Below, piece after piece: positions 34,853-48,408 of a stretch of 64,000 nucleotides of DNA. Position numbers and translations under genes: made by a program. The DNA is taken from the NCBI RefSeq assembly GCF_006345805.1, contig NC_043010.1, positions 14,260,001 to 14,324,000 on the forward strand, given 5' to 3'. The notes under the pieces are model-generated. The model did not search any database, was not told where the DNA came from, and worked only from the letters and a program-made list of their open reading frames with translations. Source of the DNA: Octopus sinensis. Its lineage: Eukaryota. The stretch's first letter is position 1, and the number at the start of each line of letters is the position of its first letter.

Positions 34853-35085
34853 AGGCAGTGAGCTGGCAGAAACGTTAGCATGCCGGGCGAAATGCGTAGC
34901 CGTATTTCGTCTGCCGTTACGTTCCGAGTTCAAATTCCGCCGAGATCGTCTTTGCCTTTCATCCTTTCAGGGTCGATAAATTAAGTACCAGTTATGCACT
35001 GGGGTCGATGTAATCGACTTAATCCGTTTGTCTGTCCTTGTTTGTCCCCTCTGTGTTTAACCCCTTGTGGGTAGTAAAGAAATAT
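34853..35085 (+). mobile_element. SINE S2 full monomer
   Basis: AAGGCAGTGAGCTGGCAGAAACG head, B-box-like GAGTTCAAAT, tail GTAAAGAAAT. Confidence 0.88.
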
Positions 35086-35484
35086 ATATATGTCATGTGA
35101 TCAACCAGACTATCAGATGTTACACATCGCTGGTCACAATGTGTTTTTGCATTGTTTTAGCCTTCAAATTACACCACACCAATGGCCAGTCAGGGAATTG
35201 AACCCACTATCTAGCGATTGTGAGTGCAACAACCTAACCACTAGGCCATGTGCCTTCACCCTATATGAGTGGACTGGAGCAATGTGAAACAAAATGTCTT
35301 GTTCGGGGACACAATGCACCACTGGGGATTGAACTCATGACCTGAAATTTGTACTTTATCTTTACGATTGAAATTTGTACTTTAAGAGTGAATTTTGTAC
35401 TTTATCTTTTGTTTTAGTCATACATACATACATATACATATTTCCATACATACATGTATATATACATACACACACACATATATA

Positions 35485-35898
35485 TTTTTCTTTACTACCC
35501 ACAAGGGGTTAAACACAGAAGGGACAAACAAGGACAGACAAACGGATTAAGTCGATTATATCGACCCCAGTGCGTAACTGGTACTTAATTCATCGACCCC
35601 GAAAGGATGAAAGGCAAAGTCGACTTCGGTGGAATTTGAACTCAGAACATAGCGGCAGACGAAATACCTATTTCTTTACTACCCACAAGGGGCTAAACAC
35701 AGAGGGGACAAACAAGGACAGACAAACGAATTAAGTCGATTATATCGACCCCAGTGCGTAACTGGTACTTAATTTATCGACCCCGAAAGGATGAAAGGCA
35801 AAGTTGACCTCGGCGGAATTTGAACTCAGAACGTAACGGCAGAAGAAATACTGCTAAGCATTTCACCTGGCGTGCTAACAATTCTGCCAGCTCGCCAT
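35485..35898 (-). mobile_element. SINE S2 dimer
   Basis: Junction at about 35665. Confidence 0.85.
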
Positions 35899-37124
35899 GT
35901 GTGTGTGTGTGTGTATACATATATATATGTGTGTACATATATATATGTATACACACACACACACGTACAGCCTCATCACCACCATTAAATGTCCATATAT
36001 CATGCTGATATGGGTTGGATGGTTTGACAGTATCTGATAGGCACAAGTGCTGCATTATGCTCCCTTGTCTTCTTTGGTATAATGTCTTGTCACTGGATAC
36101 TCTTACTAACATCAACCTCTTTGCAGCATGTATTGAATATTTTCATTCCACCAGCACTACTAAGGTTGCCATGTATTTTGCAAGACTATAAACCTTGATC
36201 GGAGTAACTGAATGCTGGGAGATGAGGAGTAGAAAGGGGTAAAGTATGAGGGTCAAGCTCTGGAGCCAAACAGGTTTCTGACTGTAAAAGGTTTTCATGA
36301 CTGTTCATATTTTAGAAGAGAAGCCAGGAGTGAGTGGAAGAGTAGGGGATGTCTGACAGTGCAGAGCAGCAGAATAGTAATGATGATTCATTAGACAGGA
36401 GAAAGATGAAAGAGAGATGATATGTTGTTGGGAAAATTGCATGGATGGCTGGGGAAGAGAGAGGCAAGTATAGTGTATGTGGAGGTGGTGGCATATGGTA
36501 ATGGTTGAGGTGAGATAATTTGGTGACATAGTGGGGCAGGGTGATCAAGGAAAGTGTGGGCGAAGGGAACAGTATGAACAGGATGAAGGATGGGTTTGCG
36601 AGTGAAATCTTTTTGGGTTGTAAGAAAAATGATTCCCAGGAAGAACTGCAGTTAGGAAAGCGATAGGTAATGGTGGTGGTGATGGGTGTCATGACGATGA
36701 AGGAGATTGGGGGAAGGGCCCAGTTATGCATATACATACACATATATAAATACACATTATATATATATATATATATATTTGCTTCCTAGCTACATGGTTT
36801 CGGGTTCAGTCCCACTGCGTGGCGCTTTGGGCAAGTGTCTTCCACTATAACCCCGAGCCGACTGGAGCTTTGTGATTGAATTCGGTAGGCGGAGGTTACT
36901 GCCGTGTGTGTATGTGTGCGTATAGCTGCTCAGTGCCTCTCCGAAAGAGAGAGAGGGATGTACACACATACATACACACACACATATATACATACATATA
37001 TATACATAGACACACACAACTCAACTAGAACTCAGTTTCATTAAGTTGGATGAGTTTTCTCAAAAAGCCACATATTGTCATGAAGTTCAAGAACCTAAAA
37101 TTATATATATATATGAGCGGTTAA

Positions 37125-37522
37125 CCAGCTTCCGTGCCAGTGGCACTTAAAAGGCACCATTTGAGTGTGATCGTTACCAGCGTCACCTTACTAGCACTCG
37201 AGGCCTGTGCTAGTAGGTTATTAAGAGCACCATCCAAGCGTGATCGTTGCCAGAGCGGCTATCTGGCCTCTGTGCTGGTAGCGCGTAAAAGACACCATTC
37301 GAGCGTGATTGTTACCAGCATCGCCTGACTGGCCCCTTGCCGGTGGCACATAAAAGCACCCACTACACTCTCAGAGTGGTTGGCGTTAAGAAGGGCATCC
37401 AGCTGTAGAAACTCTGCCAGATCAAGATTGAAGCCTGGTGCAGCCATCTGGTTCGCCAGCCCTCAGTCATTCGTCCAACCCATGCTAGCATGGGAGGCGG
37501 ATGTTAAACGATGATGATGATG
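37125..37522 (+). mobile_element. S3 element with 5' tandem units
   Basis: Same units as 6980-7785. Confidence 0.8.
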
Positions 37523-38218
37523 ATATATATATATATTATATATCTGTTGTGTTTGGTCTCTTGTTTGTTTGCTTACTGTTTCCCAGCAGATTCTCATTGC
37601 TGACACCACCAAAGGGGAGCAATATTATTGTTAAAGGCGCATGAAATTGCTGCGATCATTTGGATGATAGCTGAAGAGGATTTAGCAACATTCTATGTGT
37701 GTATTTTCCGTTTGTTTGCACTTGTATATAATTTTTTTGAACACATACATAAACAGGATATCATTTACAAGGTATTTATTCAGGCAGGTAAGAAGAATAC
37801 CTGCCGGAACCTTGCCAGCAGCTGACAGCAGAGCAATACCTATATAGTTACCACACTTTATTCTTTCACCTATTCCTTTATAAAAGAAAGGATAATTGCA
37901 TTCTTCCAGACCTTGGGAATAGCACCATACTTCCAGATTTCAAAAATAAGCTTATGAAGGTTCTGTGTAATACAACCATTGCCAAAAACCAGGATCTCAA
38001 CAAAAATTTCATCTTTACCAGATGCTTTATGAAGACTCAACTTAATCATGGCTGTTACTACTTTGTCTATAGAGAGTGCAGAGTCCAAGGAGTGGATGAC
38101 AGATCTTTGTTGGTTAGTGCCAGTTATTACATCATCTACAATTAACTCAGTTTAAAGGTTCAGAAAAATGTTCAGACCAATGGCTGTGGTTTCCATTCTG
38201 GTAAAGAAATAATGGATA

Positions 38219-38531
38219 CTAGCACTATGACCTGGCAACACCGGGTCATAGTGCTAGTGCATGCATATATAGCTGCGTGCGTGTGCACATACACGCGAAG
38301 ATCAAGTTTTGGGCATTTTGATTGGGTTTTGGATAGAAAATTCACAAAAAAAAGTCACTTCTATTGATTTTTTAATGGCTTTGCGGGGTGACTGGGGAAA
38401 TGTAAAGATGTGCACGACCACCCTTGGACGGTTTTGAATGACCATAGAAAGTGCGAGCCCTCTAAATGAAAAATTGTGGATTTGTATAAAGGACACACAC
38501 ACAGACATTTTGCTGTTTATATACATAGAGA
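38219..38531 (-). mobile_element. Non-autonomous Helitron, complete
   Basis: 5' TC, 3' hairpin (CTAGCACTATGACC...GGTCATAGTGCTAG) ending CTAG, inserted between A and T, no TSD. Confidence 0.82.
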
Positions 38532-38969
38532 TGATTTTCATTGCATGATAGATGGATCTAGCCCTGGTTTTCATTGATTTAGTCAAAGTCTTTGATACTA
38601 TGAATAGAACCACCCTGTGGAAAATACTCAGCAAACATGGTTGTCCAGGCCACTTTCTGTCAATAATTTAATTATTTCATGATGTGATAGACGCACGGGT
38701 TAATGTTGGTGATGGCATGGCAGGATCTATTCCTGTGGAGAATGGAGTCAAGCCTGGTGAAATTCTTGTCACAACTTCTTTTCTTTGTATTTCGCTGTTT
38801 CTCTCACACATACTCGTATTGTGGATTGCTCTTCTGGGAAACATGATCTGGTTGTCCTTTCAAAATTTACATAAATCACATTTCTGCATCTTACAAAGCT
38901 GGAACTTTAACATTAACCTTGACAAAACTGATGTATTGTTCCAGCCTCTGCCAGGAAACCCATATGTAC

Positions 38970-39375
38970 TTACGTGTACTTGTGGTGACATTCACCCTGG
39001 GTGGGTTGAGTTGGCTTCTTCCACCACCCTCAAGGCATTTCGAACCATGGCAGTGGAAGAAGTTTCGTGGGAATATGAATTTCACAAGCGATCCCCAACA
39101 ATCCCGCATGTAGAGACATCCTGTTTGCCACAGATTGTCTGCAGACGCAGGGACAGAACGACCGAGGAGCCGCCGGTTGCCGAAACAAACACTCCAAGGA
39201 TTTTCACCAGAGCTCCGTCTGCCGAGTTGTGGCCCTAATACCACTCGGTGTCAGACCAATCCGCCTTGGGTGGCCCTACCAGGAACTGAAGTTCCCGATG
39301 GCATAGCTCTGACACTACCTGTTGCCAGCGTCCCCACCACGGTGAAGAGGGGATGGACTTCAGGGACGCAAAGTG
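38970..39375 (-). mobile_element. Short non-coding retroelement sharing the R2 3' tail
   Basis: Ends GAAGCCAACTCAACCCACCCAGGGTGAATG like R2; flanked by imperfect TSD GAAACC(C)ATAT. Confidence 0.55.
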
Positions 39376-39758
39376 AAACCATATATCTCAGATGAAGGAA
39401 CAGTGCTGAAAGTGGTAGACAAGTTTATCTACCTGGGCAGTACCCTCAGCTATTCTTTCTCCTTGGACCATGAAATATCTTTACAGCTTCAGAAGGTAAC
39501 TGATTCCTTTAGGGCTCTTGAGTTTTATGTCTGGTCCCAACATGGCATCACAAGTTAAACAAAAATTGCTGAGTATCATGTATGAGTGATAATGCCACTT
39601 CCCTTGCATGAGAAATCAATCCTTTACAGACCTCATGAAAGGGTCCTTGAAAGCTTCTGTCAGACATGTTGGGGACACATTCTGAATGTTGGCTGGTCCT
39701 TGCAGACTGTAGACGCAGGGGTCTTGAGTTAAGTTGACATCCTAAGAATGGATGCAAT

Positions 39759-40032
39759 CTTCTTCTTCTTCTTACAGCATTCACCCCGGGGTGGGTTGAG
39801 CTGGCTTCATTCATCCTCAATGCTGCATCTCTCACAAACGCCGACCAGGCCTGGCGATTTGAGGCTAACGACCGCATGATCTCCAACCACTCCTTATTCC
39901 AGCGGCGAACGCCATAGATAGGGGGGGCTAGGTTGGGTTCCAGATCAGCCCTAACTGTCATCAGCCAGGTTTTTCGTTGTCCACCACATCGCTTTCGCCA
40001 ACCCTGAAGGGGAGCTGGGGCAATTGCTTCGT
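39759..40032 (-). mobile_element. RTE R2 3' fragment with (AGA)n tail
   Basis: Matches 3045-3310; GATGCAAT on both flanks. Confidence 0.8.
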
Positions 40033-40887
40033 AGATGCAATAGTGCACAAGCACAGTTTATATTGGACTGGACACCTTCTGATGCATGATAAGGGGTTTC
40101 CTAAGCAGATGCTATGTGGCAACTTGTTTGTAGAAAGTGCTCCCAGTGGAAACGAAGATTACAATTTAAGGTTCATTTCAAGTCTTAGTGAAATGAAGGC
40201 ACATAGCTAAGTGGTTAGGGTATTCACCTTACGATCGTAAAGTCATTAGTTTGATTTCTGGCAGTGCACTGTGTCCTTCAACAAGATGCTTTATTTCACA
40301 TTGCTCAAGTCCACTCCTGGCAAATATGTGTGTAGTGACGCCTGGTTCTAGACGCCATTTTGGGATTTTCATCCACGCATGCGCAGGGATTAGAGCCTTT
40401 CAGAAGCCCCTTATACGCATGCGTAGTCATCAGCAGCAGCTAGGCTTGATCGATTCTCTCTTTCTTCGCCCCCTGCTGCTGACCGAGATGGACGCGACTA
40501 GACCAGCTCTGTGTGGCTGGAATTCTGAAGATGATCCATGTCTTTGGTGAATCAGTGAAGAATGCCTTCATAATTGTGATTAAATCGACTCCGCTGCTTT
40601 CCACACCAAGGCGACCAGGCTACCGATTGTCCAGAGATGTAATGCTTGTAGACAGAAAAATGAATTATTGTTGTTCCTGCAATTTTCCTTTCCATGCCCT
40701 TAAATATGCTCTTTCCTTGGTCACAGCTGAGTAGCCATCACACATACAGGCAAGCATATATATTTGTGGGTGTAAACATACGTATACATTCATATACACA
40801 CATGAATATACGTATATACATACATATATATATATGAATACACGTATATACATATATATATATGAATATACGTATATACATACATAT

Positions 40888-41285
40888 ATAGGCGCAGGAG
40901 TGGCTGTGTGGTAAGTAGCTTGCTAACCAACCACATGGTTCCGGGTTCAGTCCCACTGCGTGGCATCTTGGGCAAGTGTCTTCTGCTATAGCCCCAGGCC
41001 GACCAATGCCTTGTGAGTGGATTTGGTAGACGGAAACTGAAAGAAGCCTGTCGTATATATATATATATGTGTGTGTTTGTGTATCTGTGTTCGTCCCCCT
41101 AGCATCGCTTGACAACCGATGCTGGTGTGTTTACGTCCCCGTCACTTAGCGGTTTGGCAAAAGAGACTGATAGAATAAGTACTGGGCTTACAAAGAATAA
41201 GTCCCGGGGTCGAGTTGCTCGATTAAAGGCGGTGCTCCAGCATGGCCGCAGACAAATGACTGAAACAAGTAAAAGAGAAAAGAAA
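40888..41285 (+). mobile_element. SINE S1, full length
   Basis: A-box-like TGGCTGTGTGG and B-box-like GGTTCAGTCC, conserved body and tail. Confidence 0.9.
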
Positions 41286-41427
41286 GAGAATATGAATATA
41301 TGTATATACATACATATATATATACATACTTATATGAATATATGTATATACATACATATATATATATATATACATACTTACATACATATATATACAAACA
41401 CATATATATATGAATATACGTATATAC

Positions 41428-41472
<45 letters not shown>

Positions 41473-41497
41473 TATACGTATATACATACATACATAC

Positions 41498-41534
<37 letters not shown>

Positions 41535-41540
<6 letters not shown>

Positions 41541-41747
41541 ATCCAAACATGAAAGCACAAAAAAAAAACACAACAACGCGAGGACGTGGAACAAATACAG
41601 TATTATTGGACGCTCAGGAAAGAAGGAAAGAAGGAGGGTTTAACGTTTCGAGCAGAGCTCTTCGTCGGAAACATAGGAGAAGGAAAGATCCAGAGAAGGG
41701 AAGACAGAGGGGGAAAAAAATCGCCAACGCTACACACGCGGTACCGT

Positions 41748-41750
<3 letters not shown>
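41535..41750 (-). mobile_element. Penelope-like terminal fragment, family A
   Basis: Homologous to 430-635. Confidence 0.6.
41638..41672 (-). ncRNA. Minimal hammerhead-like motif, core variant CCGACGA
   Basis: GUUU-CCGACGA-A-GAGC(UCU)GCUC-GAAA-CGU-U-AAAC. Confidence 0.45.
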
Positions 41751-41803
<53 letters not shown>

Positions 41804-42420
41804 CACATATTTATACGAATATACGTACATACATACATATACGAATGTACGTACATACACATATATATATGAATATGCGTACATACACATACACATGTAT
41901 ACGAATATGCGTATATACGTATGTATAAGTGTTTTTTTAAGGTGTCAATCTAAAGGTTATTTTCAGTGTCGCACATGTCCATTATATACGATGCTGCTGA
42001 CAGACATATACGGAAGGAACCTTTCGCCGTGATATCTGAATCACTCGTTGTTTCGTACCATTTTAACGTCTCCTCTTTCTTTTCCTCATCCGCTTCCAGT
42101 TACAACCATCGCTACCACGTCTATTTTAACTCCTCCTCCTGCTACTACCGCTACTACCACCACGGCTATCAGCACTACGAACGTAGCCACCACGCTTGAT
42201 TTCTACTACTGCCACTACTACCCACCATCACTATCACTAACACCTCCGAAGCGACTGCCACCACGGTTGTCGTTACTACTGCCACCGCTACTAATACAAT
42301 CTCAGCAGCTGCTGCTGCTGAACAAGTAGTGACGTCACCAATCTCGCCCGTCCGCTTGCGAGAAAGAAGGGCTTCCCCTTTTTGTCAGAACTGTATCTCT
42401 GGACTGGGAGGCGACAGTTG

Positions 42421-42451
<31 letters not shown>

Positions 42452-42823
42452 ATCAGCCTATCTATCTATAAACATATAGATAGATAGCTACTTGAAACAT
42501 CTATATGTAATATATATATATATATATATATACATATCCAAATATATCTATATATATATATATATATATATATACATAAATCCAGTGGGCACATACACAC
42601 ACACACTTATAATAGCGAGGAGATATATTGGCATGTGTGTGTGTGTGTGAGTGTGTGTGTGTACATTTATATATATATATATATATCTATCTATCTATCT
42701 CTCTGTATACATACACTCTATATAGAGACACAGAAGTATATATATATCTATATACCTATTATACGCTTATATATATTACACAAAAAAGACGGAAAGAGAC
42801 AGAGTCACACACACACCAAAAAA

Positions 42824-42904
42824 ATGTTGTCGCAGAACTTCGCTGCGGTTGAGAGCAGTATGGAAACTTGCAGTGTTGTGGACGAGCGGAACGAACAGAA
42901 AAGA
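42824..42904 (+). CDS. Candidate first coding exon of an unidentified gene (MLSQNFAAVESSMETCSVVDERNEQKR)
   Basis: AAAAATG context, 27 open codons, donor AGA|GTAAGT; CpG-containing unique island between microsatellites. No downstream exon confidently linked. Confidence 0.45.
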
Positions 42905-42928
42905 GTAAGTATACCATACCAAACCATC

Positions 42929-42960
<32 letters not shown>

Positions 42961-43511
42961 CTATAATCCTATATATACTATAATCCTATGGCATGTACAG
43001 CACATCAGATACACACTGATGTACTTGTATACTTGGTCACCAATATATATAGGTAGGTAGGTGACACAACCTTGTGTAGTAAATCTAATTCTTTCACCCA
43101 TACAATATATATATATATATGTCTTTAACTCTTATATCTTTCTGAATATATCTACTTATGTATGTCATATATATATACTTTTATACTGCAAAAGGGAATA
43201 CCGAACATGTATGGAGCAAGAGTAATTTTTGTAATGGTCCTGTAATAAACCAGTCCATTCTTTTAACTTGAGCATCGTCTCAGTAGAGAAGGATATATAT
43301 ATATATACATACATACTTACATATACAGACCCGTTCACCCACCAATTTGTCCTTGTTTTACTTAAACACCATCATTTTCGTCCGCTTACATATAGAGATG
43401 GGTGTATGAAATATCTTGTACAAGAAAGCTACGTAATATATATATATATACACACACATAATTCCATGTCTAATACTGTGTAACTAAAGACAAATACCAG
43501 TATGTGTGCCG

Positions 43512-43552
<41 letters not shown>

Positions 43553-43981
43553 TATTTTCACACACACACACACACCTATATATATATATATATATATATA
43601 TAGGTATTAGTATCGTAGAGTGGTCCCGTAGTACCATATATATATATATACATACACACATACACATATATATATATATACATACATACACACATACATA
43701 TATATGTATACATACACACATACATATATATGTATACATACACACATACATATATATGTATACATACACACACACATATATATATGTATACACACATATA
43801 TGTATACACACATATATGTATACACACATACATATATATACATATATATATGTATACACACATACATATATATATATACATACACACATATATATATATA
43901 TATACATACACACATACATATATATATATATATACATACACACACACACATATATATACATACATACATACACATATACAT

Positions 43982-44035
<54 letters not shown>

Positions 44036-45923
44036 CCTAGCCTAGCCTGTCTTTTTCCAGCCCATTCTACTGTGTCTCAATGCTGGAAAAGTGATTCTTG
44101 TTTTTTTTTTTTGAAGTGTTCGGTCAGTTTTTCTCAAGGTAGTATAAAGAAATGACAAAAAAAAAAAGCTGTGTGTGTAAAGTGTCTATATAGACTTAAA
44201 ATAAGTGTACAAACTGTTGTAACTGTTAGTGGTTGCTCCTGTTTTACACACAAGACTATGCACTAATTTACATACGTGCACCCATATCTCTCACTCTTAG
44301 TATGAAATGTGTGAATTTGGGTGGTTGGTCGTGTTTGAAAATTATGGTAGCGAACACTTTTCTTGGACACTGTAAACCGGAACATGTATATAAGCTTGTG
44401 TGGGTTATGTTGTATGTATAATATATATATATATCTCAAATAGTACACCCCTTTCTGTTCTGGACTGCTTAGTCACCAGAGGACTGGAATTAGTAATTTT
44501 TTACATGGTGGTCGCTCCCTCAAGTCACACCATTGTGTGTCTTATAATCAGTCAGGTTTTTTCTTTTCCTTGCCTTACTAATTGGTATAGTCATTCGTCC
44601 TTTCCACTCTAGCCTTTTGACCATCTCCTATCTTGTCCTAAACACGGATTTCCGTATCTCCGGGCTGAGATTCCTTGTGTGTGTGTGTGTATGTGTATGT
44701 ATGTGAATAACCTCTGCCATAATTGATTTTTTTTTTGTTACTGAGTATATATATGTAGCTGTGTATATACATGCTTCCTTATATTTCCTTGATAGATATG
44801 AAACGGCTTGACCTCCTTCGTGTATCTATGTATACACACGAATATGGCATTGGTTATTGCATGTGTTGGATTTGATCAAGCGATTTTGGGCGAATCGCGT
44901 ATATGATACCCGTGTTCTGTCAAGTCTATGCGTCACTTAAGGGTGCAATAAACGTGTGTATATATATCTGGTGGACACACCTTTCTGCTTATTCAGTAAT
45001 GTAAAGGCATACACCACGGCTATCAACGATGGAAAGACGGTCGCTCAGCGTGTTAGTCAACCGAAATAACAGCTAAATCCCTTTCAAATAATACCCCCAC
45101 TGTCTTTAAAAAGAACAAAAGGAAAAATTGATGTGGTCCTCGTTGAACTGTCTCAGAAAAAACGACAGAACCACACAGTTTGAATTCCGTTGATTGGGTT
45201 TCTATCCCGTAGCGAATAATATTCGTATTTTTTTCCCCAGTCCTTGCTGAACGAAAATGGTTTGTTAGTATGTATATATGGACATGGCTATCCACCAATG
45301 TCTGTACATCGATTGCCCCTGAGTTGTGTGTATTTATGTGAGTGGTTTTGGGCCATTGAACCGTAAGTCCGACCACACACACACACTTAGATCCTGGACA
45401 TTTAAGTGTGGTGTGTAATGTGTATCTGTGAGTAATCAATAAAAGGCAATCAGGACTAATGTCCAACAGTTACGCACACAAACTTGACCACCTTTATCAG
45501 TTTTTACGTTTTGCATGTACGAACTTGTATACCTTACACATATACAAAACATACCCAATTATGTATAAATAGATAAATAAATAAATAACCCCCCTATCTT
45601 GTATAAAACCTACGTGCACCTACCTACCTACCTATTTAGTTTCATAACCTGTCTCCCCCTCTACGCAATTGTGAGTGTATATATTTATACACATATACGA
45701 TTTAATTATGTATTTAAGAATGGAAGATTCTTTTTTTTTGTCAGACGTCATCAGATTAGTTTGTTGTTTATCTGCACTGATAAGATTTTTCTTTTATCTA
45801 ATTACAACCATGGACAAAATCCCCCATACTTTAGTTTTTAATGCTTTTTTTCCTCAAATTTCTTGAACACCTACACAAATTATTTTCTTTCCCTCCCTCT
45901 CTCTCCACATATATATATGTATA

Positions 45924-45981
<58 letters not shown>

Positions 45982-47827
45982 TCAGCATCTTTGTAATATA
46001 CCTTTCTTTGATATACATTATTGGTGTCCCATCGATGCCGTTCTCTCTCTTTTTTTTTGGCACTCACACAAGTGCTGCCACGAAATGAGGGGCTCGTTTG
46101 TTACAAAGAAGCATTCGGTAGTCTTCCCCCTTTTTGTGGCCACGATACTATACTCCCGCTTTTATTCCGTACCTCATCACACAATACTACCTACTCACCA
46201 ATTTCAAGAATGCACACACACATATACATATATATATACACACACATACATATATATCATGATATATATATATATATGATGTGTGTGTGTCTTTGCCTTC
46301 GCTATTACGAAATAATAATCTCTCTATTCTCTCTACATGTTTTCCATACGGAAGTGTAGGTTTCAATTCCGGTTAAAAGGTTAGAATGATGAATTAGCAC
46401 GGAGAAGTGTGACTATTTCATCGGTAGATATCGATGAGGCGGTTTGGTAAAGGACTGATCTGATTGAGATTCTTCAGTGTCTGCTTCAGCTTCAAAACCA
46501 TCTCCTTCCCCCGCTTAGTCCCGAGATCAAACTAATCTTTATCCATTTCGGCATTGGCTGATAAACGAAGTACCAGTTATATACTGGTGATTCGATTTCA
46601 TTTGGGTTATACTCACCAATTATCTAAAGGGATTGAGATAGAGTTGCCAAAAAAAAAGACAAAACCTTAGGCCGGCGACTATTTCATTCGTGTCCTGATC
46701 GCAGACCTGTTTCCTCCCAAAATGAGTTCTTATTCTAACCGTAGTCCTTATCTTTTGTGTATTTTCTTTTTATTGGGTTTTTAAAAAATAAATGCTGATA
46801 AAATACCAGAAGCGTCTTAAAACGAGACGAGATCTCCGCCCCGTTGTTGTATTGTATGTTCAATGAAAATCTTCGCATGGACAGCTTTGTCTTGTAGAAT
46901 GGGAAGTTGACGAGTGGCTTTGTGAAAATCTTTTCCGTATGAATAATACTATTACGAGTTGTACACTTTCAGTCTCTCTACATATTGTGCATCGAACACT
47001 CTTATAAATATATATATGAGAGAGAGACACACACACACATTGAGAAGACATTTACGTTTGAATAAAAGCATTTCGGTATTTGTCTCGTTCATGTAAGGAA
47101 TTGTTGCTTAGGCCCAGATCAAACCCCGAGGGGCATACTTAGGCTTTAATGACATTCTAACCATCACCATTCGATTTTGTATATCAGAAACTGTTCAGTC
47201 TACTCTGTTTTTATTGAAAGTGTCAGTAAGGAATTTGAAGGCGATTTGGTTGCTGTTTCTAGCCTGTTGAGTGATTGCATAGACGCTTTTTTGTTGGTTG
47301 CTTGACCAGCAAGAAAAGTTGTCCAAATGTCCTTTTCTTTGTATAATGTTGACCTAGATATACTGTACTCGAAAAAAAAAAAGATTGTATAAATACATAT
47401 ATACTTTCAGTGGTGGTGCCCCAGCATGGCCGCGGCTTTCGGGCTAAAACATTTTAAAGGATTTTAAGGATACTATTTGGTTCACCGGATTAAGCTGACC
47501 TAGGGTTAAATAGGAATGAAATTTCCACTTAGGTGTTTGTTTATTTGCATTGAAGGTAGATCACCTTGTGTTGATAGTTGCACTGGTATGAGGTGTGATG
47601 TGAAGGGGGCCATAAGTACTGGGTGACAAATGGCGTTCTGTATTGAGTGTGCAGAAGAAGTTCCAGGAAGAGATGAGGTTAGATACCAAGATGTTTAAGC
47701 CCCCTTGATGAGGTGACACAGGATTAAGGCAAGTAGTGATGTTGTTGTTATTGCAGGCCCATTCAACTTGTTTCAGTGTAGGAAAGCAAATGTTTGAAAT
47801 AAGTAATGGTTATAATTTTTGGATTCG

Positions 47828-48140
47828 TCATCATCATCATCATCGTTTAACGTCCGTTCTCCATGCTAGCATGGGTTGGACGGTTTGACCGGGGATCTGG
47901 GAAACCAGAAGGCTGCACCAGGATCTGGTCTTATCTGGCAATGTTTCTACAGCTGGATGCCCTTCCTAACGCCAACCACTCCGTGAGTGTAGTGGGTGCT
48001 TTTTACGTGCCACCTGCACTGGTGCCAGGCAAGGCTGGCATCGGCCACGGTCGGATTGGTGCATTTTACGTGCCACCGGCACAGAAGCCAGTCGAGGCAG
48101 CACTGGCTTCGGCCACGATTCGGATGGTGCTTTTTACACG
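47828..48140 (-). mobile_element. S3 element
   Basis: (CAT)n tail, conserved block and 5' units. Confidence 0.8.
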
Positions 48141-48408
48141 GATTGTTAACTTCAATTTCAGAGATAGGTATTTTTTTTTTTTTGCAATATTCACATCAAA
48201 CATTTCATCACCTGGTGACAATTGGAGATGAAAGCAGTGTTGTTAATATCTTAAAATTAGCTATTGGCAAAATAAAGCATCAATACCATTTGAAAAGCTG
48301 CATTGCTTTGAGTAGCAAATATTTTAGCAAAAGATTTCACTTCTTGATGGGATGAAATACTTAAATGATTGCTGTTAATGAGATCATATATTTTCACATT
48401 AACCTCTT

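Larger units (their letters stand above)
37754..40200. mobile_element. Second R1-family RTE copy with inverted 5' segment (37754-38190 minus; 38540-40200 plus) and three nested insertions
   Basis: Segments align to 29284-29700 and to 29195 downward of the R1a copy. Confidence 0.75.
40770..44030. repeat. Field of (TA)n, (CA)n and (CATA)n microsatellites with short unique islands
   Basis: Major tracts at 41290-41535, 41750-41930, 42420-42780 and 43420-44030. Confidence 0.92.

Noticed and set aside
42100-42410. Thr/Ala-rich mucin-like reading after a strong polypyrimidine acceptor
   Set aside because: The Thr-rich phase needs two frameshifts; better explained as a degenerate (ACT/ACC)n repeat, possibly in a UTR.
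41188-44155. Many ORFs rich in Y/I/H/T/C/V/M
   Set aside because: Translations of (TA)n, (CA)n and (CATA)n microsatellites, which are stop-poor; no coding signal.
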